NCBI RefSeq assembly: GCF_006345805.1
Contig: NW_021831849.1
Span: 1-64,000, forward strand
Direction of reading: 5' to 3'
From: Octopus sinensis
Lineage: Eukaryota
Length of the DNA: 64,000 nucleotides
Made by a program: the position numbers and the translations under genes. Below, piece after piece: positions 33,570 through 45,792 of this stretch. How positions within the stretch are numbered: position 1 is the stretch's first letter; every line of letters begins with the position of its first letter. The notes beneath the pieces are model-generated. The model was given only the letters and a program-made list of their open reading frames with translations. It ran no database searches and was not told the origin of the DNA.

Positions 33570-34109
33570 AATCAACAGTGACAAATTAGACGACTTCTAT
33601 TCTTCTTTGTTGTAGGTATATAAATCTCTTCCTGTCTTGTATAACGGATCGACATGGGGAATCACCAAAGCCGATCTGAACAGTTTGAACCAATATCATC
33701 GAAATCAACTGAGAAGAATTATGAACATACAATTCCCAAGAAAAATATCAAACTCGGCCTTATAAAACAGATCTAACTCGATCTCCATGGACATCCTGGA
33801 ATCCAGATGGAAACTTTTTGGGCACATATTGAGACTGGACAACCTCGCTCCGCGAACATCGCCATGGAAAACTATTTTGCCCAATCCAAAGGAACTTTCC
33901 GTGGAAGACCTAGAGTCACTCTACCTACCGCGTTAAACGAAGACTTGACAGGAGTAAACAAAAGATTGAAAAGTGGGGACGATCTTGATTCATTACGGAC
34001 TATAGCAAAGAACAGGGGGGCATGGAAACAGATGTGGGTGAGGATACTGGCTGTGGCACAAGGAAAACTTAATTAAATTTATGATTTTCCGACAGTGCTA
34101 TATAATAAT
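33570..34109 (+). mobile_element. RTE-like LINE 3' fragment
   Basis: LPVLYNGSTWG...YHRNQLR; AMENYF...FRGRPRVTLP; tail GACAGTGCTATATAATAAT. Confidence 0.8.
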
Positions 34110-35316
34110 TAGGGCAACCGGAAAGTTGCTCTTAAAAATGTAAAAAATTGACCTTAAAAGTCAACTAAATTGCTTCAAAAAATAAAAAAAGTTGACATAA
34201 TATGCATAAAAAGTTGCCCCAAGAAACAGAAATTTATTTATTAAAGCACAACATTAAATAATATTTAACATTTTCAGGTAAGAAATTTCTATCTTTGGTT
34301 AAAATTTTGTGAAGAATAGAAAATGATCTTTCTACTTCACCCGATGTTGCCGGGCAATCCAATAATAATGCGTGGTGAAATGAAGTAATTGGTAGCTTAG
34401 ATAACTCCATTATTTTGAAAATGTCTTTTCTTGAAATTCGTAAGCTTATGTAGTCTCGAATTTTGCATTGGGAGCTGTATTGATTGCAATACAATCAATT
34501 AAAAAATATTCTTGTGGATTTTTTAACGTTCCAACAAGACAATTAATATACTTCTCTTTTCCAAAATCACTTTCGTCAATCATTAAAACAATTTGTTCAC
34601 TTGAAACTGTGTTAATAATTTGTGAAACCATCCTTTCACCTAGAAATGTAACAATGTCTCTGCATTTGGTTTCCGAAGGAACAGAATGTCCATATTTATT
34701 TAAAAAACCAATAATTGATGTATTTCGTAACTTATGAAGTGGAATATTTGCTGATAAAAATGCATTTGCAAGATCCACGGCAAAACAATCAGCAGTAACC
34801 TCATTTTTACTATGAGTATCCAAAGTATTATTAGTATCTGGGATTCTCAGGATATGCTTTTTAGAATGTCTGTGCTTATCAATAAACCATTGCTTATTAG
34901 CAGTTACGTAAGAATTACATAATTTGCAGAATAATTTTCCATCCAGTGAAGATGAAAACTCCTTAGGATATTTTTTAACAATAGAAGAAATTCGCTTAGT
35001 GTTGGAACTCCTGTTTTTAAGCATTGTAAAAAAGCAGTCAACAAAAACCGAAGAAACGTGCACTATGAAATTATATTAATATTAAAAAAAAATGTTATTA
35101 TAAATTTTTATTACTCAATAAAATAAAAGTTGACAATAAGAGTAAAAAAGTTGCTCAATAAAATAAAAGTTGACGGTAAGAGTAGAAAATTGATTTTGTT
35201 GCTTTTATAACTTTTTATATATACATTTTTTTATCGAAATAATTTGACTAATATCATTTTAACACTATAATTAAACCAAAAACTCAAGTTGACTTTGTTG
35301 ACTTTCGGTTGCCCTA
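34110..35316 (-). mobile_element. Internally deleted hAT of the CGGBP1-related type
   Basis: TIR TAGGGCAACCG; 8-bp TSD ATAATAAT (34102-34109, 35317-35324); ORFs with LFCKLC...KHRHSKKH, AFLSANIPLHKL and CPATSGEVERSFS; subterminal AAAAGTTG repeats. Confidence 0.9.
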
Positions 35317-35324
35317 ATAATAAT

Positions 35325-35660
35325 ATAAATCTCTCAAAACATTGTTCATGATATTACTGGAGATTGGAACGCAAAGGCAGGACGTAAGAGTAGGCATGGA
35401 GAATTCATGAGAAGTCATGGAAGAAGGATCAAAAATCAATTAGGATAATCGCTTGCAAAATTTCACAATACATTCAAACTATTTATATGCAATACTGCTT
35501 TTAGGCAGTCAGCAAGACATAAAACTACATGAAGCTACAAGACATAAAACGACACAGAAAGGAAAAATCTGAGAATATTAAGAATATAATTAAATAGACT
35601 ACATTATCTGCAAACAAACGTACAAGGCAATACTACGATATTTTCAAATAGCCAAGAATA
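35325..35660 (+). mobile_element. RTE-like apurinic endonuclease fragment
   Basis: GDWNAKAG, CNTAFRQSARHKTT and IDYIIC-like segments; homologous to 40260-40980. Confidence 0.65.
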
Positions 35661-35681
35661 CACTTAATGCAGAAAAAAAGC

Positions 35682-36320
35682 CTCTACAACGGGCTATCCG
35701 ATTTACTATTTAGACAGGGAACATATTCACTCGCCCGATTCGCTATTTATGAAACATTTAAAGAAAAAATTTCTCAAAAAACCAATAAACCACTCCTATT
35801 TTATCAAAAAATATGCTTGGCCGGGTTTTCTGGGTTTGTCGGCGGAATTGTTGGCAATCCCGGAGATATGGTCAACGTCCGAATGCAGACTGACATGTCA
35901 AAGACCGTCGAAAGCATTTTATTACTGTAGATCCCTAGCTACAAACATGTTTTTGATGGACTAGTTCGAGTATTAAGAGAAGAAGGAACCATAAAGGTAC
36001 TTAATGGAGTAACCATGACTTCAACCCGCGGTTTATTTATTAAAATTGGCCAAATCTCAATTTACGAACAAGTGAAGGAAATGCTTCTCAAAACAAAATA
36101 TTTAACGACAATACTCTCCTTCATTTTATTAGCAGTTTCGTGGCGGTAGTTCATTTGGATTACTGTAGGGAGCAGTGGCAACGGTAATCTGCCAACCTAT
36201 CAATGTAATGAAGACTCACAATTCTAATTACTCAGTATTGCAGATTTATTAATCTTCAAGTCTCTATTTGAATGTTTTAAGGACGTGGACCGTGATGGGG
36301 TTAGTGGATTCTTTAAAATA
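35682..36320 (+). pseudogene. SLC25A10: Mitochondrial dicarboxylate carrier fragment; N- and C-termini missing, frameshifted
   Basis: LYNGLS..LFRQGTYSLARFAIYE, GNPGDMVNVRMQ, YKHVFDGLVRVLREEG, GQISIYEQVKEML and GAVATVICQPINVMKT. Confidence 0.8.
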
Positions 36321-36583
36321 TTTTTAATATTTTTACTATTAAATTTACTTTATAATTGGTTGCCTAGCCATTGAGAAGGACAACTAAAGTTCTAGAAGAC
36401 TACTAGTGAGCAAATATTCCGTAGATTTACTAGAAGATACTTTGTTGTAACGACGGGTCTTTGGGGTTAATATAATTTTGTCTAAAATCCTTAAATTAGA
36501 AATAGTTTATTCCTGAAATAAATTTCCAAATTAGTGTTCAATAAATTACCTAAAGTCACACTATTTTTAAATTTGACGTCAAA

Positions 36584-37069
36584 ATGACTTGGATTCTTAC
36601 AATTAACATAATTAGTTCATTAATTTTAACAAGTAGTTGCTGAATAATAATTATTGTAGTTGAAATGCTTTCCATGTTTATTCCCACAATAATGAACGTG
36701 CATAGACAGCATCGTATAGTGCAGTCAGAAACAGACAAAAAAATTAGAGAAATCAATGGAGAATATATTGGCGTACTTAACGTCGGAAATTATTCAGAAG
36801 TAAACCTTATTCGGGACGAAATTAATTTGATCAAATACTGGGCCTCCTACTGGTCTCCGATTACATCTCAAAAATTTCATATGGGAACAAACATTGATAA
36901 AATAAGCCATTTGCCCACAGGAAATGATATTTTTATTGTTAGAAAGTTATCATCAGCTCGTACTCCACATAATGTGAGACTATTTATTTCTCATATGAAT
37001 TTTTTATTTAACGGAGAACTTAATGTCACGGGAGAAGTAAATGTTAAATTCAAAAACTTGGAAGATTAG
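36584..37069 (+). CDS. Orphan protein with hydrophobic N-terminus, 2 exons, 152 aa
   Basis: ATG at 36584; a 27-nt GT-AG intron (36633-36659) joins MTWILTINIISSLILT in frame to ORF 36665-37069. No family recognised. Confidence 0.55.
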
Positions 37070-37369
37070 TCACTGTAATCTGTAAGAGAAATTTCATCAA
37101 ATTATTATAATTTAGTTCTTCAATGATTGAGAAATTATCAAGTTTTTATTGGGCAACTGAAAATGTTTTTCTATGAGAGATTTATTCTATAAACAGTTAT
37201 AATAAATCATTTTTGTCTAACGATTTAGGGATGGTTGGTTTTGCTCTCTCTGGACAAATTATTCTCATCGAGTTTCTTCTGTTTTTTAATTTGATTTTGA
37301 TTAAAATAAATTATAATTTTTTAAATATTTTTTTTAAATAATCAATCAATTTCAAATTTTTCTTATTTC

Positions 37370-37720
37370 TTAAATCTTTTCAAGTTGAAATCTGAACTCA
37401 TAATATTTTTGGAGTGTCTCGAAAGATGTATTTTGCGCTACATTTTCCAACTTATCCATCATTTCATACGTTTCTAATATCGTTGTTTTGTCCTTTGTCC
37501 CAATTCCATTATAAAATTCGCGACTTTTGACTAGATCTTCGTTTTCTTCAGATATTACTTCAGTTATTATTTCTTTCAGGACTTCTTCCCCGCAATTTTT
37601 ATCTTCAACTAATTCTTCTCTATTTTCCTCAATTTTCTTCCAACAATTAATTATTGTTGTTTCTTTAACTTTCATCCACGCTTTTCTAACAAGTACCATA
37701 ATCTGTCGCATATCTACATG
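37370..37720 (-). mobile_element. pogo/Tigger transposase C-terminal fragment
   Basis: VRKAWMKVKETTIINCWKKI motif. Confidence 0.65.
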
Positions 37721-38090
37721 AAAATGATTTAAAAGAATTGATAAAATATTCTGAAGAAAATCCAACAAAAACATCGAAAGAGATCTCAAATGAAATCGGA
37801 AAACTAACAAATAAAAAAATTTCATCAAGAACAATTATAAGAAATCTAAACGAAAATGGTATATTTGGGCGTGTCGCTAAAAATAAACCATTTTTGAACA
37901 AAAAAACACTGAAAAAAGATTGAAAATAACGAAAAAATTTTTAACCATATCTGATGACGAATGGAAAAGTACAATTTTTTCGGATGAATGCGTTTTTCAC
38001 GTGATTCCAAACAAAACAAGAAAAATAGTTTATAGGAAAAGCGGTGAACAATTTAAGTCTAAAAATATTTCAACAACTGTGAAATTTTTT
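37720..38090 (+). mobile_element. Tc1 transposase internal fragment (second family)
   Basis: SSRTIIRNLNENGIFGRVAKNKPFL; LTISDDEWKSTIFSDEC; collinear with 7973-9001 but divergent. Confidence 0.8.
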
Positions 38091-38133
38091 TTTTAATTAT
38101 AACAATTTATTTCAGAAACGAGTTAATTATAAG

Positions 38134-38960
38134 TAGGGTAACCGCAAATATGACCTAAAAAATTTCAAATATGACCGATAAAATATGACTTATATGACCT
38201 TAAACGAAAAAATATATGCCCTTAATATGACCTAATAAATTTTTATTTTTATGTATTAATAAAGTTTTAATAAGGCTTATATTTAGAACTAATCACTCAA
38301 ATTTATTGTAATATAACGAAAAGTAATATTTAATGTTATCATTTTTAAAGTTTCTTTGAAGCATAGAAAAACTTCTTTCAATAGAAATAGTTGTTGCTGG
38401 ACATTTCCATAATATCGAACAAATTTCTGGTGAACAATTATCAATCTTAGCAGTATAAATTTCTTTTAATCGATTTTTATCTATTCTTTTACGGAAATAT
38501 TTAGATATTCCACATGGATCATCCCCAAAATTTATCACATTAATAAATTTAACGGCATCCTCAATGGTAAAAAAAGTTTCTTGGCATTGATGTAATCCAT
38601 CTAATATGTCACTATAACATGATTTTATCAATGCAAGGTTTCTTTCCAAATTAATTGAATCTAAAGCAGTTTTTACTTTATCTAAGATTTTCCCTTTTTT
38701 GTTAAATTCAGGACCAGAAACTATAGTGCGAACTGTATGCATGTTTTTCGAGTAGTAAAGGTTGCACTAAGCCAGGTTCCCCATCTTGTAATTATTACTT
38801 CAGGTGGCAATCGACGAAAAGCATTAAAAGTTAATTCGTCAAGTTTTTCAGGGTTTTTGTTGGGGCGGGGTTCAACTGTACTATCATTTCTAAACTCAAA
38901 AAACAATAAATTAATTCAAACAAGTTTTGACGTGGTGCTTTCCCTTAGAATGCCTGCAGT
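38134..38960 (-). mobile_element. CGGBP1-related hAT 3' remnant; only one terminus present
   Basis: Terminus TAGGGTAACCG with AAATATGACC subterminal repeats; ITRWGTWL and CPATTISIERSFS. Confidence 0.75.
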
Positions 38961-39007
38961 TATATATAATTATAAACGAAAGAATAAAGTAGCCCAAAAC
39001 AACTCAG

Positions 39008-40167
39008 TTAAATGTAACTATTCTTCATTCCGCGAGTACGAATGATGGTCTCAGTGCCTCTGACCATGTCGGGGACATTAGGATCATCAGAGAAGAGGAG
39101 TCCAGCAATGTCAGTCATGGATGCCTTATCCAACAATCGATTGCCCCTGAGATCCCTCTTGATGACAGCAAAGGGGACATCCACATTAAAGTGATGAAGC
39201 AATGCCTGCAATTGTACAGTCCTGGCACAGTCGGGGACATGTTCTCCATAGATGACCTTAACAAACCCCATCATGGTGTCCGGCGTGCAGTCCAATTCCA
39301 ACACCTCCACATTGTGCTTTCTAAACAGCACTCGGAGACAGTCAGAGCGGACAGCCAACACAAATTTGTGTACCCGGACTGACTGGGAGTCCCCACACCT
39401 CAGTTCGATGTCACACAGTCTCCCCTCATTCCTCAACTCACTCAACTTGTCCCCAAAATTGAACACTCTCTCCCGATACAACGGCCCATATAACGAAACT
39501 GGCGGGAAATATTAAACCATACCTTTTTCCCGCCTTTCGGGCTCAGATTGGATAGGCCGGACAGCCAGTTGGTCCTCAAACAGACTAATCTGCACATTGA
39601 GGGGGAAGGCGTGGTTGTGAGCCTCCACCATCGACTTAACCACCAGAAACTGATGACATCTCGTCAGTCCCACATCAATTCGGAAAGGACACGTGATTCG
39701 GTCATACAGTCTGAACTGCATGTCCGCCCCGCAGTGAGTCGAGCATCCGTAGGTCAGGTTGTAGAACAGCAGAGAAGGGTTTGTCCTCTTGCCTGTCCTT
39801 CTTGTTTGCAGTCGACGGATTTTCTTGGCCACGACCGGCAGGAGGCGGATTCGACGCACGTTTTGCAGGTTGATTAGTTTGTGGGCCAGTTCGTCGAATG
39901 ACACAAATTCGTCCCCTTCAGAGATTATTCGATCTCCCTCGTACGAAGGGATCACTGCGTTTGGACATTCGTTTAGAGAGGGTGGGAAATTATGTAGTTG
40001 TTCTGTCTGGTGGGACAACAGTCCTTCATCACTTTGGGCACCCAGTTCGCTGTCTTCTGACACTACCACGTCCATGTTTGGGTATTCTTCCTTCAGGCAC
40101 ATCACATTGTTCTTTAATTGGTCGTATGATGTGAATAGTGACTAAATTATACTCACCACACTACCAT
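39008..40167 (-). CDS. FAR1/ZSWIM3-N-like DNA-binding domain fused to a BTB(-partial BACK) domain, 3 exons, ~370 aa
   Basis: ATG-only exon 40165-40167; introns 40142-40164 (23 nt) and 39499-39522 (24 nt) keep frame. Motifs FVSFDEL...LTYGC...CPFRIDV...HQFLVV...HNH, then LRNEGRLCDIELRCG...VHKFVLAVRS and LLFSDDPNVP. Confidence 0.75.
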
Positions 40168-40259
40168 TCCACTACAAACTATATCTATATCTATTTCTTA
40201 TTTTATTACTAATCAAATTAACTATTAATTAATTATTTTTATCAATTAGTTTGACAACT

Positions 40260-40980
40260 CTGCCAAAGGCAATAGTCCTCATCCCTTAAAATAAAATGGG
40301 CAGGTCGGCATCATTTTCTTCAAAAGTTTGGGGATTAGTTGATTTGTTTTTATACTTCTCAGATACGTATCACGGCATTTTCTGTAATTATTTCCCGTTT
40401 GTTTTAATGACAGTGCATTTAAGTTGAGTTTCCTCCTCCTGTGAATAGCATGTGTTCCTTTGATATTAATTTTGTTCCTTATTAGATGCTTATTCAATGA
40501 AATTTTGGCAATGATTATTTTGTAGTCACTGTGGATAATTGACCCCCCATATGATCTTGCGTCAATGAAAAGTGCTTTGTCTTTAGCTCGACAGATTATG
40601 TAATCAATCTGGTTGTAAATGTTTATAACTTTGCCACAAAAATTTTTCGACACCCTGTCCATGTAGTTTTATGTCTTGCAGGGTGCATAAATGCAGTGTT
40701 GCACGTTTGCCTGACAAAAATTGACAAGCAATGTACTTGCAACGTTCCGTATTCCTCTTCCGTGTTTTCCCATGAAGGTTTTATTTGGGCTTCTTTTAAT
40801 TCCCACTTTAGCGTTGAGGTCGCCAGCGACGAGTGTACAAGTTCAGAATAAACTTCAAAGAGACAGGAGTATAACAGATCTATCTCAATACGGTCTTTTT
40901 CAATCCATCCGCTATGTGATGTGTATATGTTTATAATGGATAGCAAGCTTTTAGATTGGCAAAGCTTGTTCATGCTAATC
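40260..40980 (-). mobile_element. RTE-like apurinic endonuclease fragment
   Basis: CNTAFMHPARHKTTW; YNQIDYIICR...DARSYGG...HSDYK. Confidence 0.75.
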
Positions 40981-41069
40981 TGAAGTACGCAAATCCGATC
41001 ATTTATGCTCTAGGACGGTGAATCATTGGTCTCACTTTATCACAAATCCTTACCCAAAATGTCTGCATT

Positions 41070-41900
41070 CTCTCTGGAATGAGATGAAATGATAGCCAGT
41101 TTCTCAATTCCATGCCAAGCAGCCTGCCGTTTTTCTGGGAAAGTCATAAGGTCGGAATGTGGAATCCAACTGGGTGATTCTCTCGGACGTCTTTTTTTGC
41201 TGTCTGTGTTGATCATGTGGTACGCATCTCGCTTCCTTGGAGAGTCTTCGCACGCAAGCCGATCAGATGCAACTAACTTCCTTTAACTGTCATGCCAGCC
41301 TTACTCGGGGGATTGGCTAAATGCTCTCTACTTTTGGAGGACGAGGCTGTTTGTATCGGAGTGTGTATTCGATCTGGACTTGATATATGCCAACTGTACC
41401 GTTGCCGATATGATTTCATGATCCTTTCAAACAGATTACATGCCTTGTTCTGTGAGAAGAGTGCTGGCCGATTTCCGCGTGAAGTGATTAAGAGAGCATT
41501 TGATTCCGCAGGATTCCCGTCTATCTTGGAACCCGTTGGTCTCTTTCGGGGTGATGGAAAACGTCCCAACGGGATGACTAAATTCCCATTCAGAGGAGGT
41601 AGGTCACTCGTTTGGGACATGACCTGTTTGGATTTCCTGTCAAAGAGGTTGTTGTCCAGGACATGTTTTCCAAGATATGCTTGCGGGCTTGCAAGGAAAA
41701 AGAAAATATTGAAATACACTTAGCTTTCGGAGGTCTATGAGTTTGTGCCCCTCACCTTCGATGGAAAACAGACTGAGAAGTTGTTACGGCTGGTAAGCAA
41801 AAAAATCGCATTGAAAACTAATGACCGAAGGGGGACGAACTGGCTCTTCCAGTGCGTCTTGGTCTCAATTTTTCGCTGGTACTGCCTCTCGATTCACAGC
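41070..41900 (+). mobile_element. CRE-like element with large internal deletion
   Basis: ECGIQLGDSLG; GVCIRSG...CRYD...LHALFCEKSAG; GDGKRPNG...LVWDMTC. Confidence 0.8.
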
Positions 41901-42244
41901 GAGTCGCGGTCGGACTGACCATCAAGTCTGCGACATAGATATTATGTCACATGCCTCAGCGATTACTATGCCCCACTCGTTACCTCTGAGAAATATGATT
42001 TTTAATTTTTAAGAAAAATTAAAAAATCAATCATAATGCAATAAAATTTGAATTGTGTGAAAAGCTTAAAGCAACATAATTTGATAGTTTATAAAATTTA
42101 AAATTAATTATTTTGTCCTTTATTTGATTCTTTTCATGTAAACTATCTTTGTATCTCCATTCGAAAATTCTACATTAACGCGGTTATAAGAAAGATTGAT
42201 TTGATCGTGACAGTATCACAACAAGCACTTTCAAATTTTTTCAA

Positions 42245-42381
42245 ACCCTAACCCCAACCTTTGCCCTAACCTTTACCCTAACCCTAACCCCAACCTTTAC
42301 CCTAACCTTTACCCTAACCCTAACCCCAACCTTTACCCTAACCTTTACCCTAACCCTAATCTTTACCTTAGCCCTAACCCC
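42245..42381. repeat. Telomere-like (CCCTAA/TTAGGG-variant) array with a 36-bp higher-order unit
   Basis: Unit ACCCTAACCCTAACCCCAACCTTTACCCTAACCTTT repeated ~3.5 times. Confidence 0.85.
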
Positions 42382-42535
42382 GACAATAAACAGCATGCTT
42401 AATTTATTGTTTTTTAATTTTAATGGTTAAGCATTGAAAAAATAAAAATCCATAATATTATTAATTTTTAAATTAATAAGTAAATATATTTCAATCGTCT
42501 AAATATTTTTAATTGAAATTTTAGAATTTAGAGCA

Positions 42536-42572
42536 ATGGTAACGCGTGGGGCATGGTAACGCGTGGGGCATG
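42536..42572. repeat. 17-bp perfect tandem duplication
   Basis: ATGGTAACGCGTGGGGC x2 plus ATG. Confidence 0.9.
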
Positions 42573-42594
42573 TGACATATTAGTTACTAGCTCA

Positions 42595-42615
42595 GCAGTT
42601 CGCTTCGCTCACTGC
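42595..42615 (-). terminator. Helitron 3' hairpin (rolling-circle stop signal)
   Basis: GCAGT-GAGCGAAGCGA-ACTGC, 4 nt upstream of the terminal CTAG. Confidence 0.8.
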
Positions 42616-45600
42616 GAGCTAGCTCCTGCGGAGGCCCTGCTCGCTACGCTCGCAGTTTCCTTAAATAAGTATAAATTTATGTAGATATATAAATGCGACC
42701 TGCTTTGATATAACCTTATTCTAAGGCCTGTGGATAAACGATGTTTGCAGTCCGTCCATCCTTGGCAAATATAAATAAATTTTCTCTTCTACCTACCCTT
42801 GAGCACCCCACATACAGCTGGCCATGTGAAAAGCACTCGTTCTCTAAAAATAAGCCTACTACCTTTAAAGACTGTCCCTGGGCCTTGTTTATTGTCATAG
42901 CAAAACTTATCTTCAGCGGAAATTGTAGTCTCTTAAATCTAAAAGGTAATTCTTCCGAAATCAGAGGTATTCGTGGGATATAAACATCCTCACCTCTGTA
43001 ATTACCTGTTAATATTGTCGCTTCTATTACGTTAGCCATCAAATTCTTGATAACCAACCTTGTACCATTGCATAATTTAGGTGGCGCAAGATTGCGGAGT
43101 AACACAACCGGTACACCTATTTTTAATTTCAATAGATGATTCGGCATTCCAGATGGATCTAAGGAATTTAAAAATTCTACAGGATATTCGCAGGCCCTTT
43201 CAGGTCCATAATAACGTCGACCGATTTATATATTCTTTCTCTGCCAGGGATTTTATTAATAAATCTAAATTTATATTAAGTACCTCATCATTAAGTGGAG
43301 CTAATATAGCTCGTTCACGCAGCCAGTCGAAATTCACGTAGTGTTCAGATAGTTCGGAATAGACGGCATTCAATAATTCTTCTGCAGTTTCTACGAAAAT
43401 ACATAATTCTTCCGGTAGCCTAATTTTCTGGTCTTGCATTTCTGAAGTGATTGCCCCATTTCCAATATCTAGATGGATTTGTGGGAATATGCTATTAACG
43501 CCTTGTAAATGTGCACGTACATTTACATCTAAGCTTACCTTTTTCACGTGTGTCCACAAATATGACGATTTGAGGCAGGCATTCAATTCATCCGCAGGCG
43601 TCCCTCTTTGAATAATTGGCAGCGTCTGTCTAAAATCACCTGCCAATACAACTATTGCTCCCCCAATAAATGGTCGCTACAATTCTTGATATCTCTATAT
43701 GTTCGATCAACTGCTTCGAATGCGCTTTTATGAGCCATCGTACATTCATCCCAAACAATTAACCTAGAATGCATAATTCTATTACCCGTAGTTGAATTTT
43801 TTTTTACATTACAAACCGGTTCAGTAGTATATGAGAGATTCAACGGAATGTTGAATGTCGAATGTGCGGTTCGACCGCCATCTAAAAGAGTTGCAGCAAT
43901 TCCAGAAGATGCAACTGCTAAAGCTAGTTTATTTTCGCTCCTGACCTTAGCTAATAATAGATTTAGAAGATAGGTCTTACCTGTTCCACCCGGTGCATCA
44001 ATAAAAATGATAGAACCGTTTTCTTCTTGGATGACTCGATTAATTTCTCTGTATATTCCAACTGGCCAGTGGTTAAGCTTTGTTCTCTTTCTTCCACTAT
44101 TGTTCGAAGTTCTTCTAAATTATAATGCTCATCAAATGAATTAATATTATGAATATCGCTGATTATAAAACCAAATTCACCTACACTCTTACCAACGATA
44201 GATATTAGCAATCTATCTATCATGATTAATCCAATGTTGAAAATCTCTGCATCGAAACTCAATCTATTCTTCTCTCTTAATATATCTTCACACATGCTTT
44301 CTCGGTGACCTTCCCACAGTTGTTGTGGATTTGCTAACCCACAATGGGCTAGCATCAAAGTAAATAAATACCTTAGTCGCGATGGGGAATCTGCAAGTTC
44401 AGCTTCTGTAAAGTCTGATTCCAGTGATTATCATCCTCTAAAAGACCTAATTTAAAACAGGCTTCTCTGTATGTTTCGCAGAGTACTCCATCTACAGTCC
44501 GTAGATCAGTGAAAGATTCTGGCCCTCGTACGGTGTGCAAAAGTAACCTAACACAATAACATTCAAATTATTTGGATGCACTGTATATACTCTACCCAAT
44601 GCATCTGCACTTACAATTCCTGAATGTCCATTTACTGGATTTCCTCTTATCCTTCTCTTAAATCTCTTCCCCGCGACATCCCATGTATAATATCTAGGAA
44701 CATCAACATAATATATAGTCTTTGCAAATTGATCTGTACGACATAATTCGAAGAATGCCATCAGAGTTGAATTTCTTGCATTTGTAACTTGATTGCGTGC
44801 ATTCTGCTCTGTGAAATAAATTCTTTGCCCATTTTCCAGGTGAACCCCTAAATGCATAACCAATGGATATCTTTCATGAATCGGATATCCAAAAATTCTC
44901 CATGCTCCTTCATTACTGCAGATATAGCGTCCATGTTGATAAAAAGTTGGCTCATCACGTTGCTCTATTGAAAAGATTGCCTGATCTGACCCTTTATTAA
45001 TGTACTTACATACATATTTAATTGATCTAATTGAATTACAAAATTCCACATTGATATGTGCATCAAAAATCTTACTTAATAGTGGATTATAAGGCACTAT
45101 CCATCTGTTATCAACTGTTATTTCATTTTCTTTTCCTTCGTGGAGGGTTGCAGTATATCCTCCTTCAGCTGCTCCTCTTCTCTGGTAAAATGGAAATCCA
45201 TTTTCACCTGTTTGCGTGTTAATTATTAAGTTTTTGGGTACCCTTTAGAACACTTACCATCTTGCATACACGGTGATGATCTGTTATATATGCCACACGG
45301 ACCATGTATCATATTTCTTTTGATGATCTCGTATAATTCTCTATCTTCATTTGGATTTGGCAATTCTGCCCGTATGCAATCGTCTATCTCTGTAGGCCTA
45401 ATTTTAGTTACTAACTATACTAATATATGTATATGTGGTAAACACCTCTTTTTTGCCACTCTACTGTATACATGTGGCATCTTGTCTTCCCAAAAATCTG
45501 TCCCTTGCATAGAAGATCAATCATCTTATCGACTTTTTGTTTAAAAACACGTGCTATGATGTCTTGTCTATACTCGACCTTTTGTCCTACAAATAGTTAT

Positions 45601-45792
45601 CACTAATTTCTGGCCATTTCGGATTACACGTAAAAGTGATAAACAGATCCGGAGTTCCGTAATTCTAACGATGTCATAGCATCTTGAGTTCGCTCATGCA
45701 TATATCTTGGTCCTCCCGTGAATGACGAAGGCAAAATAACCATTTGACCTACATTAGACACATTACGTCATTCATTATGGCATCTCTTAGAT

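Noticed and set aside
42245-42381. True chromosome end
   Set aside because: Short, degenerate and flanked by ordinary sequence on both sides; kept only as an interstitial array.
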